In this document: positions 18,712-27,555 of the stretch, piece after piece
Layout: each line of letters begins with the position of its first letter
Position numbering within the stretch: the stretch's first letter is position 1
From: Minisyncoccota bacterium
GTDB lineage: Bacteria > Patescibacteriota > Minisyncoccia > Phycocordibacterales > WO2-35-19
DNA: 64,000 bases
Direction of reading: 5' to 3'
Assembly (NCBI GenBank): GCA_036517255.1
Contig: DATDXE010000017.1
Coordinates: 39,599 to 103,598 of the forward strand
Program-made: the position numbers and the translations under genes
The notes under the pieces: model-generated
The model's database searches: none
Told to the model about the DNA's origin: nothing
What the model saw: the letters and a program-made list of their open reading frames with translations, nothing else

Positions 18712-18945
18712 TTACTGCTCGACGACCTCCAATACATCGTCGAACCTGAGGTTTCTGCCGCTGATGCCCGTCCAGAAGTTTCTTCGGGCTAGTTTCAGAA
18801 AGTCGGCTTCTTGACCTGGGGCCAAGCTTACCTCTATCGTCTCGGGGTCGTGGGTCACTATCGTTATTACCCTGAGAGTCCTGACCAAGGCGCTCTCGAT
18901 CTGTTCCTTGTGGGTGCTCCACCCAAATCTGATCTTTAGCCGCAT
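18712..18945 (-). CDS. Hypothetical small protein (78 aa) in higher-GC DNA
   Basis: ATG at 18945 preceded by AGGAGG and a TTGCAA-N16-TATAAT promoter on the minus strand; longer ORF-track frame to 19038 lacks these signals. Confidence 0.4.
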   Translation of the reverse strand: MRLKIRFGWSTHKEQIESALVRTLRVITIVTHDPETIEVSLAPGQEADFLKLARRNFWTGISGRNLRFDDVLEVVEQ

Positions 18946-18967
18946 TGTGTGCTGCCTCCTGACTACT

Positions 18968-19016
18968 ATTATATCATATCTACAGTATTTTGCAAGCAAG
19001 AGCGACGTGCTATAAT
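18968..19016. promoter_or_regulatory. Back-to-back divergent promoters sharing one palindromic -35 hexamer TTGCAA (18990-18995), with -10 TATAAT at 18968-18973 (minus strand) and 19011-19016 (plus strand)
   Basis: Hexamers and spacers (16 and 15 nt) read directly. Confidence 0.4.
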
Positions 19017-19022
19017 CTTTAG

Positions 19023-19883
19023 GTGAAAGAGGCTTCAAAAAATCAAATTCTCCTGATCGTGGCGGCGATAATGTTATTAGCTTTGGTTGGTTGGGGTGGT
19101 TTTAAATTTTATAAAACTGCAGAGAATTTGAAGATGACTAAAGTCGAACTTGCGAGCACTACTGCTGCTCTCCTAACTAAAACATCAGAAGGTGTTGTTC
19201 TTAATGATGCTCTTTATTCAGAACAGCAAAAAAATTCATATTTTGAAAATCAAATAAAAGAAATTGCGGGTACTGTAGGAGTGTTGGACAAACTTTCGAA
19301 AACCGATAAAGAGCTTTTGCAGAAGTATTCCAAAGTATATTTCTTGAACGAACATTATGTACCACAGTCGCTTGCTACGATTACCCCTATATATGTGAAT
19401 GAAGAAAATAGATCGTATAAAATCCACTCAAAAATATTATCTTATTTAGAAAACATGATGCGGGAGGCTGAAGTGGCCAACACTCCTATACGAATCGTCT
19501 CTGCTTATCGCTCATATGATGAGCAGGTAGCATTGAAGGGAAATTATCAATTTACGTATGGCACTGGAGCCAATACCTTTTCTGCCGATCAGGGATACTC
19601 TGAGCATCAACTTGGCACAACTGTTGATTTTACTACAGTGAAATTAGGAGGAAATTTTAACCAGTTTGCTGATACTCTTGGCTATAAATGGCTTTTAGAT
19701 AACGCTTATAAATATGGTTTTATACTTTCGTATCCGGAAAATAATTCTTACTATCAGTTTGAGCCGTGGCATTGGAGGTTCGTTGGTAAAAGTTTGGCTA
19801 TGATGCTTTACGAAGAAAAACAAAACTTCTACGATGTCGATCAGCGCAAAATCGACGCTTATTTAGTAAAAATATTTGATTAA
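19023..19883 (+). CDS. D-alanyl-D-alanine carboxypeptidase, VanY/peptidase M15 family, N-terminal membrane anchor
   Basis: …IRIVSAYRSYDEQVAL… and …SEHQLGTTVDF… zinc-ligand motifs; GTG start 7 nt after the -10. Confidence 0.75.
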   Translation: MKEASKNQILLIVAAIMLLALVGWGGFKFYKTAENLKMTKVELASTTAALLTKTSEGVVLNDALYSEQQKNSYFENQIKEIAGTVGVLDKLSKTDKELLQKYSKVYFLNEHYVPQSLATITPIYVNEENRSYKIHSKILSYLENMMREAEVANTPIRIVSAYRSYDEQVALKGNYQFTYGTGANTFSADQGYSEHQLGTTVDFTTVKLGGNFNQFADTLGYKWLLDNAYKYGFILSYPENNSYYQFEPWHWRFVGKSLAMMLYEEKQNFYDVDQRKIDAYLVKIFD

Positions 19884-19907
19884 TCTTGCGGTATGTATAA
19901 AAACGAT

Positions 19908-19931
19908 GAGCGCGCGGATGGCCGCGCGCTC
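19908..19931. terminator. Perfect hairpin GAGCGCGCGG-atgg-CCGCGCGCTC between convergent genes
   Basis: 10-bp inverted repeat read directly. Confidence 0.55.
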
Positions 19932-20017
19932 TAGCTTGTTTTGGACTCGATAAACTTCTTGAGTCCGAGCTCAACTACTCTGTATTGGAAGTATTCCTCT
20001 TGGGAACCGAGCCACTG

Positions 20018-20458
20018 TTATGCCTCGATTCCTTCGGGGAGCACCTTGTACAGTTGCCGATCGGTCTCTGCCGTTCTTCCCCAGTCACCCTTGTCGTAGT
20101 GTTTTACTACTGCGACAAGAATATCCCAGAATTTCTCGCAGAGGTCTAAGTATCCCAGCCCCTCCAAATCTCTGTCTGGATCATGAGGCATTACCTGGGG
20201 GCTTTTGGGGTTACTTAATGCGCTACGTTCTCGCATGTAGCGCTCGATCAGGCTGGCGGCTCTGGTGGGCGGGACCTTTTCAGGTTCAATCCCGAGAATG
20301 GTTCGGTATAGAGGTGGGTCGTTCGACCAGCATCTCTCTTTACCTTTTTTGTCCCGGTGTTCTCTTATTGCCCACCGGAACTGGACTATAGCGATTTTTG
20401 TCACGGCCTTATCCTTGAGTAGGGGGAGAGCCGCTATATGAGCGTGTGTTAATAGCAT
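20018..20458 (-). CDS. Hypothetical protein (146 aa) in a higher-GC patch
   Basis: Long ORF; opposite-strand ORF translates to Pro/Arg/Leu-rich low-complexity typical of antisense; no family recognised. Confidence 0.4.
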   Translation of the reverse strand: MLLTHAHIAALPLLKDKAVTKIAIVQFRWAIREHRDKKGKERCWSNDPPLYRTILGIEPEKVPPTRAASLIERYMRERSALSNPKSPQVMPHDPDRDLEGLGYLDLCEKFWDILVAVVKHYDKGDWGRTAETDRQLYKVLPEGIEA

Positions 20459-20533
20459 AACCTTCTCCTTCCCGAAGAGTCGGGCAACTTTCTGCCTCTA
20501 GAATAGCAAATTATAATCTACATTGCAATACGT

Positions 20534-20911
20534 TTATTTCCTTTCGTCAAAATCTAAACAGACCGAATTCATGCAAAAACGTTTGCCTGTGGGGGTTGGG
20601 CCGTCTTCAAATATATGGCCCAGGTGCGAGTTGCACTTACTACAAACTACTTCGGTTCTGCTCATGCCGTGTGATTCATCGTGAATCAGATTAACTGAAC
20701 CAGAGAGAGCTTCATCAAAAGAAGGCCAGCCGGTACCTGAATCAAATTTAGTATCCGAAGCAAAAAGTTTATTACCACATACTACACACTTATACATACC
20801 GCTTCTTTTCTCATGCAGCAATTCACCAGTAAACGGCGCTTCCGTCCCTTTCTCCCTCAACACCTTATATTGCTCCTCCGTCAATTTTTTCCTCAATTCT
20901 TCTTCGTCCAT
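20534..20911 (-). CDS. msrB: Peptide-methionine (R)-S-oxide reductase
   Basis: 125 aa; two CxxC pairs and …GWPSF…HLGHIFEDGP… SelR signature. Confidence 0.9.
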   Translation of the reverse strand: MDEEELRKKLTEEQYKVLREKGTEAPFTGELLHEKRSGMYKCVVCGNKLFASDTKFDSGTGWPSFDEALSGSVNLIHDESHGMSRTEVVCSKCNSHLGHIFEDGPTPTGKRFCMNSVCLDFDERK

Positions 20912-20963
20912 ATTTATATTTTAGCAAAATTATACCCCATCCCCGGATGTATTTGATTTTGAT

Positions 20964-21983
20964 TTATCTCTTACTTATGACACTCTTTTTATATACATCT
21001 AAATGTTCCAGAGCGATGCCGGTGCCGAGGGCTACGCAGTAAAGGGCGTCTTTAGCTAGAGCCGCTTTGACCCCGATGCGGCGTAGGACGAGTTCGGGGA
21101 AGTTGCGAAGTTGGGAGGAACCGCCGGTCATGATGATGCCGTAGTCGATAATATCGGCAGAAAGTTCTGGAGGAGTTTCTTGCAGGACATCTTTAATCGC
21201 TTTGATAATATCGCGCAGTTCTTTGCCGATCGCTCTTACTATCTCATTTGTTTTTATTTCTACTGTTCTGGGTAAGCCTGATATCAAGTCCCGACCTTTT
21301 ACATCCATCACTAAATCTTCTTCCAATGGGATAGCCGAACCAATTTTTATCTTTACATCCTCAGCCGTTTTGTCCCCGATAGATAGGTTAAAATTTTTCT
21401 TTATGTAATCGGCGATAGCCTGATCGATTTTGTTCCCAGCACATTTTACAGAGTTGGCTGCGACAATGCCTCCCATGGAAATGACAGCTACGTCAGTTGT
21501 GCCTCCTCCGATGTCGACTATCATGTGACCTCGTGCTTCGTGGATGGGGATACCGGCGCCGATCGCCGCTAGAATCGGCTCTTTTACAACATAGGCATTT
21601 TTGGCTCCAGCTTTTATGGCTGCTTCGATCACCGCTCTGCGTTCAGTCGATGTTACTCCTGCGGGAACTGAAATAAGGACATCAGGTTTTATAAAGGTCC
21701 ATTTACCTAGAGCTTTGTTTATATAATATCGGAGCATGGCTTCTGTTACTCGGTAATCAGCGATGACCCCATCCTTCATCGGCCTGTAGGCGATGACATT
21801 GTCGGGAGTACGCCCAATCATGGTCTTGGCCTCAGCTCCCACAGCTAGTATTTTATTGTCCTGCTCCGATACTGCGACAACTGACGGCTCGTTTAGGACG
21901 ATACCTTTTCCAGGAAGGAAAACGAGGGTATTTGCCGTACCCAAGTCGATGCCGAGCCTTTTATTGAATATGCCCATGTGCAA
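20964..21983 (-). CDS. mreB: Rod shape-determining protein MreB
   Basis: …LGIDLGTANTLVF… phosphate-1 motif and actin-fold motifs throughout. Confidence 0.9.
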   Translation of the reverse strand: MHMGIFNKRLGIDLGTANTLVFLPGKGIVLNEPSVVAVSEQDNKILAVGAEAKTMIGRTPDNVIAYRPMKDGVIADYRVTEAMLRYYINKALGKWTFIKPDVLISVPAGVTSTERRAVIEAAIKAGAKNAYVVKEPILAAIGAGIPIHEARGHMIVDIGGGTTDVAVISMGGIVAANSVKCAGNKIDQAIADYIKKNFNLSIGDKTAEDVKIKIGSAIPLEEDLVMDVKGRDLISGLPRTVEIKTNEIVRAIGKELRDIIKAIKDVLQETPPELSADIIDYGIIMTGGSSQLRNFPELVLRRIGVKAALAKDALYCVALGTGIALEHLDVYKKSVISKR

Positions 21984-22036
21984 GCAATACTACACAAAAT
22001 TGTCGAAAGTCGAAAGTACGTATAGACTTGAAGCAA

Positions 22037-23938
22037 ATGTGGATTATCGAAGTTATCCCAATAAAAAAAGGCTTTGGCAAGGATGGCCTTTCTTACTTCT
22101 CGTCCGTTTCGATGGAAGAAGGGAGTATCGTCAAAATACCTTTAAGAGGTAAAACGGTTTCTGGCATCGTCACTGCTTGCACCCCTGCCGCCAAGGCAAA
22201 GGCCGAATTAAAATCATCCTCTTTTTCTTTGCGGAAAATTTCTAGTATATCGGCTAAGTATTTTTTTGAAGATGAATGGATCGCGGCTGCCAAAAAAACA
22301 GCTAATTTTTTTGCTTATTCTTTAGGTTCGACCATCGCCGCTCTTTCTCCTGTTTCGGTACTTGATAATATTTCAAAATTATCACAGAAGGCAAAAAAGG
22401 ATAAAGTAAAAAGTACAAGTATTAAATTAAAAACAGAAGTACTCTGCATCCAAAGTGAGGATGAGGAACGTTTCGGCCATTATCGGGCCGCTATCCGCGA
22501 AGAGTTTGCTCGAGGTCACTCAGTATTTTTTGTACTCCCTACGATTGAAGATGTTTATGTGGCCGAAGAAGAGTTGCAGAAGGGTATAGCCGATTACACT
22601 TTTTCTTTTCATTCCGATCTCGCTTTTCCCGAAATACTGAAAAGGTCGAAAGCAGTTTCCAAAGTGAAGCATCCGGTTCTCGTGGTCGTGACTCCCCAGT
22701 GGCTCTTTCTTAAAAGGGAGGATCTCGGCACCGTAATTTTAGATAGTGAAAATAGTTCTGGCTGGAAAACTCTGGGCAGGCCGTATCTCGATATGAGGAA
22801 ATTTGCCGAATTTTTCGCCAGAGAAAAAGGAGTGAGGTTTATTTTGGGCGCCGACATCCTACGAGTGGAAACTCTGCATCGATACAAACAGGAGGAAATT
22901 TTTGCCTTCGAATCAGTGAAATTCAGGTTTTCTTCTTTGGCAGAGTCAGCTCTCATTAGTATGGTAGGGAAGGATGTGGAGAAACAGAAGAAGTTTAGGA
23001 CTACTTCGCCCGAACTTATGGCTATGGTCAGTGCTGCTAAGGACGAAAAGAAAAATATATTTATTTACGCTACGCGCAAAGGTCTTTCTCCGATCACGGT
23101 GTGTAGCGATTGCGGGGAAAACGTCGTTTGTCACAATTGCGCTTCTCCTATGGTTCTGTACAAGCGCGCCAGTGTCAATGTTTTTCGTTGTCATCAGTGT
23201 AGTAGCGAAAGGAGTGCAAAAGAAATTTGTAAAAACTGTGCTTCGTGGAGGCTCCAGCCTCTAGGGGTCGGTATAGAAAATATTATTGATGAGATAGAGA
23301 CATCTTTTCCTGAAGTAAATATTTTACAAATTAGTCGGGATGTCGCTACCCAATCCAGAGCTTCGCAGATTGCTGATAAATTTTATAAAACCCCGGGAAC
23401 GATTTTAATAGGGACCGAGATGGCTCTTCACTATTTGCGTCAAGGCCAGGTCGATTTTACGGCTGTAGCTTCGATTGATTCGCTTTTTTCTGTCCCCGAT
23501 TTTAGGATCAGAGAAAAAATATTTCATATTGTGGCCAGAGTGAGGAATCTAGCCCGGGAAGCCTCTATCGTACAGGTGCGCAAGGCTGAGAGGAATACTC
23601 TAGAGCTTGCTTTGAGTGGTAATGTTCTTGATTTTTATAAAATGGAAATTGATGATAGGGAAATTTTACAGTACCCTCCATTTTCAGTATTTATAAAGAT
23701 TACGGTGCGTGGTACTAAAATTACGGTTGAAAAGGAAGCTCATTTCTTAGAAGAATATTTCAGGAAATGGCAGCCGACTATTTTTGACTCTCGTTCCGAG
23801 AGGCGCGATAGTCAAGCTGCCTTAAACTGTGTGTTAAAAGTTCCAAAAACGGATTATCCCGATCCTGATTTAAGCTCTAGGCTCCTCTCTTTGCCTCCTC
23901 AGTTTGAGATCAAAGTCGACCCTGACAATTTATTGTAG
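22037..23938 (+). CDS. priA: Primosomal protein N' (PriA)-like protein with degenerate helicase ATPase motifs
   Basis: PriA N-terminal 3'BD-like start and Cys-rich zinc-binding region CSDCGENVVCHNCASPMV…CHQCSS…CKNCAS; no GxGKT Walker A; DSEN in place of DEEH. Confidence 0.65.
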   Translation: MWIIEVIPIKKGFGKDGLSYFSSVSMEEGSIVKIPLRGKTVSGIVTACTPAAKAKAELKSSSFSLRKISSISAKYFFEDEWIAAAKKTANFFAYSLGSTIAALSPVSVLDNISKLSQKAKKDKVKSTSIKLKTEVLCIQSEDEERFGHYRAAIREEFARGHSVFFVLPTIEDVYVAEEELQKGIADYTFSFHSDLAFPEILKRSKAVSKVKHPVLVVVTPQWLFLKREDLGTVILDSENSSGWKTLGRPYLDMRKFAEFFAREKGVRFILGADILRVETLHRYKQEEIFAFESVKFRFSSLAESALISMVGKDVEKQKKFRTTSPELMAMVSAAKDEKKNIFIYATRKGLSPITVCSDCGENVVCHNCASPMVLYKRASVNVFRCHQCSSERSAKEICKNCASWRLQPLGVGIENIIDEIETSFPEVNILQISRDVATQSRASQIADKFYKTPGTILIGTEMALHYLRQGQVDFTAVASIDSLFSVPDFRIREKIFHIVARVRNLAREASIVQVRKAERNTLELALSGNVLDFYKMEIDDREILQYPPFSVFIKITVRGTKITVEKEAHFLEEYFRKWQPTIFDSRSERRDSQAALNCVLKVPKTDYPDPDLSSRLLSLPPQFEIKVDPDNLL

Positions 23939-23956
23939 AAATGTTAGATTTTAAGC

Positions 23957-24487
23957 ATGGACGAAATTATCCAGAAGGAGAACCCTATTTTAAGGAAAAA
24001 ATCAGAGGAAGTGTTGGTAGGTGATATTCCTTCTAAGAAGATTCAAAAAATTATAGCTTCGATGAAAGAAGCTCTCGAGAGCCAGGAGGATGGGGTGGCT
24101 ATCGCCGCTCCTCAAATAGGCAAGAACCTAAGAATTTTTGTTATGTCTAAAAGGGTATTTGATCTTGTCGGTACTAAGCCCCAAGTTGACAAGCCCTTTG
24201 GAGACGCTGTTTTTGTTAATCCTAAAATTACCAAGTTATCACGAAAAAAAATAGAACAAGATGAGGGTTGTCTCTCGGTCCGGTATTTGTACGGTAAAGT
24301 AATGAGAGCCGAGAAAGCTACTATAGAGGCATATGATGAATGCGGTAAGAAGTTTGTTTCCGGAGGTTCGGGGTTGGTCGCTCAAATATTTCAGCACGAG
24401 TGTGACCATCTCGATGGAGTTCTTTTTATCGACAAAGCAAAGGATCTGCAAGAAATTCCTCCCGAAGTAGAAAAACCACTGAAATGA
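23957..24487 (+). CDS. def: Peptide deformylase
   Basis: …GVAIAAPQIG…, …EGCLSV…, …HECDHLDG… three PDF motifs. Confidence 0.9.
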   Translation: MDEIIQKENPILRKKSEEVLVGDIPSKKIQKIIASMKEALESQEDGVAIAAPQIGKNLRIFVMSKRVFDLVGTKPQVDKPFGDAVFVNPKITKLSRKKIEQDEGCLSVRYLYGKVMRAEKATIEAYDECGKKFVSGGSGLVAQIFQHECDHLDGVLFIDKAKDLQEIPPEVEKPLK

Positions 24488-25410
24488 AATTTGTATTTTT
24501 TGGATCAAGCCAGTTTTCTGTTTATGTTCTCGAAGAGCTAGAAAAATCTAGTGTTTTGCCGAGTCTTATCGTCACTGTTCCAGACAAACCCAAAGGTAGG
24601 AAATTGATTTTGACTGCGAATGTGGTGAAAACTTGGGCACAAGAAAAAAATATCCCAGTCATTACAGAAATTAATAAAGAAAAATTGAAAGCCGAAAATG
24701 CGGATTTCTTTTTGGTAGCAGCTTATGGCAAGATTTTGAAAAAAGAGATTTTTGATATCCCAAAATTTAAAACTCTCAACATCCATCCTTCTCTCCTCCC
24801 CAAATATCGCGGAGCTTCGCCTATGATTTCTCAGATTCTAAATGATGCCGGAGGTCCCGAGAGTAGCGAGGGAATGGGCACTTCTATTATGCTGATTGAC
24901 GAAGGGATAGATACCGGGCCGATATTATCACAACGTAAAATTGTATTTGGTATTCCTCCACCTGCTAAGGAAGGAGGCCCGCCCGAAACGACTGTTTCAG
25001 TCGGGCGGGTGGCCGAAGAGCCGGAGGGGGTTTTTAATAGAAGTGAGGTATTAGATATCGAGGAATTAGAACTTTTGATGGCCAAAGGAAGTGTTGATTT
25101 ATTTGTAGAAATTATAGAAGATTATTTGAACGAAAAAATTGAACCTAAACCTCAAAATAATGCTGACGCCACTTACTGTCATAAAATCAGAAAAGAAGAT
25201 GGGCTTTTGGATTTGGAGGGAGATGCTCGTAAGAATCTTTTAAAAATCAAAGCGTTTGCAGTTTGGCCTCGCACTTATTTTATAAAAAATGGTAAAAGAA
25301 TAATCGTCACAGATGCTAGGGTTGAAGATAATAAACTGGAAATTATCCGTGTTATTCCTGAAGGCAAAAAAGAAATGCCCTACGAGGACTTTTTGAGAGG
25401 AAACATGTAA
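24484..25410 (+). CDS. fmt: Methionyl-tRNA formyltransferase, with a ~40-aa insertion in the catalytic-domain region
   Basis: …NIHPSLLPKYRGASP… formyltransferase motif; overlaps def stop (ATGA); insertion GIPPPAKEGGPPETTVSVGRVAEEPEG coded by GC-rich palindromic DNA. Confidence 0.85.
   Translation: MKFVFFGSSQFSVYVLEELEKSSVLPSLIVTVPDKPKGRKLILTANVVKTWAQEKNIPVITEINKEKLKAENADFFLVAAYGKILKKEIFDIPKFKTLNIHPSLLPKYRGASPMISQILNDAGGPESSEGMGTSIMLIDEGIDTGPILSQRKIVFGIPPPAKEGGPPETTVSVGRVAEEPEGVFNRSEVLDIEELELLMAKGSVDLFVEIIEDYLNEKIEPKPQNNADATYCHKIRKEDGLLDLEGDARKNLLKIKAFAVWPRTYFIKNGKRIIVTDARVEDNKLEIIRVIPEGKKEMPYEDFLRGNM
24976..25014. repeat. GC-rich palindrome GGCCCGCCCGA-N14-TCGGGCGGGTGGCC lying in-frame inside fmt
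   Basis: 9-bp perfect inverted repeat read directly; same core as 18680-18708 and 27954-27991. Confidence 0.5.
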
Positions 25411-25429
25411 AATTAAAGAAATATAAAAA

Positions 25430-27538
25430 ATGTATCTCAAGTCTTTAGAAATATCAGGTTTTAAGAGCTTTGCTAAGAAAAGTAGTCTTGATTTCAAGTC
25501 GGCTGTAACAGCGATTGTCGGTCCTAATGGAAGTGGTAAGAGTAATGTGGCCGAAGCCTTTCGGTTTGTGCTGGGGGAACAGTCTATAAAAAGCATGAGA
25601 GGCAAAAAAGGTGAAGATTTGATTTGGAATGGTAGTGAGGAACAGCCGCGGGCTAACAGAGCTCTAGTCAAAGCGATTTTCGATAATAAAAAAAAGATTT
25701 TTAATTTAGATTTTGATGAAGTGAGTATCGAAAGAGTAGTTAACCGCGATGGTGTTAATGAGTATTCTATAAACGGTACTCAAGTTCGTCTGAAAGATGT
25801 TTTAGAGCTTTTGGCGGGAGCCCATGTTGGCGCTTCTGGCCATCATATTATTTCTCAGGGAGAGGCGGACAGGATTTTGACATCTAGTATCAAGGAGAGA
25901 AGATCCATGATAGAGGATGCTCTGGGACTAAAAGTTTATCAGTATAAAAGAGTCGAGAGTGAACGCAAACTTGAAAAAACTTTTGAAAATATTTCTCAAG
26001 TGGAGTCTCTCCGTAGGGAAATAGCTCCCCATCTACGATTTCTGAAGAAGCAAATGGAAAAAATCGATAAAGCATTGGAAGTAAAGGATGGACTTACGCA
26101 GATATACAGGGAATATTTAAAAAGGGAAAGTGTTTTTATCGAGTATGAAAAAGCAAACTTAGCTCTTGAGAAAAAACCTTTATTTGAAAGGCAGGAGAGT
26201 CTGAAAAAAAATACTGAAAATCATAAAATATTTGAGATAGAAGCTAATATAAAAAAAGAGAGACAGGAGAAGGACACTCTCTCTCGAGAGGCAGGCAGGT
26301 TGGAAGGTGAGATAGCAGCCAGTCAAAAATTGATTGATAAAACAAGACGAGAAATAAATGAGAGAGAAAATATTACCATTTCTATAAAAGAAATTGAAAA
26401 ATTGTTTCAAGAAATTGAGATAGTGAATGAGATAGTAGAGATAAAAAAGATAATAAGGGGGTTTCTTGATAGTAAAAGGGTCATAAACGGAGAGTCTCTC
26501 TTGAAAGAGGCCGAGGAATCGGTACTAGATTTAAAAAGGAGGAAGGAAGAAATAGAACGACAAATCCAAGAAAAAGAATCAAACATCAGAAATCTAGAAA
26601 GTTTGGAAAGAGAAGTTTTACAACTTTCTTCTCAGGCTGATGTTATCAAATCCCAAATTGAATCTCTTCATAATAAAGAAGAGAGATTACGCGCCATTGA
26701 GGGGGATTTCTTGCGTGAAGTAGAGGAGGCTAGTGTGCTTTTAGGTGTTGCTGTTACTGGATTTAATAATCTTGATATTAGTCGAGAACAAATATTAGGT
26801 GAAGAACGAAAAGTTCAAGAAGAAAGGAGGAGGGAAGTAGAGAGGATGAAAATACGATTGGAAGAGCTCGGGGCCTCTGGAGGTGAGGATACAGTAAAAG
26901 AATTTAGAGAAGCAACTGAGAGAGATGCTTTTTTGGAACGGGAACTTGCTGATCTTTATAAATCATCTGATTCTTTGAAAACGATGATAGCCGAATTGCA
27001 AGATAGGCTTAATACAGAATTTAATCAAGGTATAAGCAAAATAAACTCAGCTTTTCAAAACTTCTTTGAATTAATGTTTGGCGGGGGAACCGCTCGTCTT
27101 GAACTTGTCCAAGAAAAAAGCCAAGTTGAGGGAGATTTGGAAGAAGGCTTTGCCCCGAGAAACTCGATCGAAGAGAAGAGCGAAGTGGGGATAGAGATAG
27201 ATGTTTCGCTACCCAAGAAGCGTATACGAGGTCTCAATATGCTCTCGGGAGGGGAAAGGGCTCTTACTTCTATTGCTTTGCTTTTTGCCATGTCCCAGGT
27301 CAATCCACCTCCATTTATTATTTTAGACGAAACCGATGCTGCACTGGACGAAGCAAATTCTAGAAAATACGGTGATATGATAGCTGCTCTTTCTAAGTAT
27401 TCTCAGCTCATCCTCATCACTCACAACCGCGAAACTATGTCCCGTGCTGGTGTCATTTACGGCGTCACTATGGGCAGCTCTGGCATCTCCAAACTTCTCT
27501 CCATCGAATTTGCTGAAGCTGTCGCGGTGGCGAAGTAA
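25430..27538 (+). CDS. smc: SMC-family ATPase, short (702 aa), no recognisable hinge domain
   Basis: N-terminal …FKSFAKKSSLDFKSAVTAIVGPNGSGKSNVAEAFRFVLGEQS…; C-terminal …LSGGERALTSIALLFAM…ILDETDAALDEAN…ITHNRETMSRAGVIYGVTM; coiled-coil middle. Confidence 0.7.
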   Translation: MYLKSLEISGFKSFAKKSSLDFKSAVTAIVGPNGSGKSNVAEAFRFVLGEQSIKSMRGKKGEDLIWNGSEEQPRANRALVKAIFDNKKKIFNLDFDEVSIERVVNRDGVNEYSINGTQVRLKDVLELLAGAHVGASGHHIISQGEADRILTSSIKERRSMIEDALGLKVYQYKRVESERKLEKTFENISQVESLRREIAPHLRFLKKQMEKIDKALEVKDGLTQIYREYLKRESVFIEYEKANLALEKKPLFERQESLKKNTENHKIFEIEANIKKERQEKDTLSREAGRLEGEIAASQKLIDKTRREINERENITISIKEIEKLFQEIEIVNEIVEIKKIIRGFLDSKRVINGESLLKEAEESVLDLKRRKEEIERQIQEKESNIRNLESLEREVLQLSSQADVIKSQIESLHNKEERLRAIEGDFLREVEEASVLLGVAVTGFNNLDISREQILGEERKVQEERRREVERMKIRLEELGASGGEDTVKEFREATERDAFLERELADLYKSSDSLKTMIAELQDRLNTEFNQGISKINSAFQNFFELMFGGGTARLELVQEKSQVEGDLEEGFAPRNSIEEKSEVGIEIDVSLPKKRIRGLNMLSGGERALTSIALLFAMSQVNPPPFIILDETDAALDEANSRKYGDMIAALSKYSQLILITHNRETMSRAGVIYGVTMGSSGISKLLSIEFAEAVAVAK

Positions 27539-27555
27539 ATGATAGTCTGTAAGAA

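Noticed and set aside
20020-20391. 123-aa plus-strand ORF opposite the 20018-20458 gene
   Set aside because: The translation is Pro/Arg/Leu/Gly-rich low complexity typical of the antisense strand of GC-rich coding DNA; the minus-strand frame looks protein-like.
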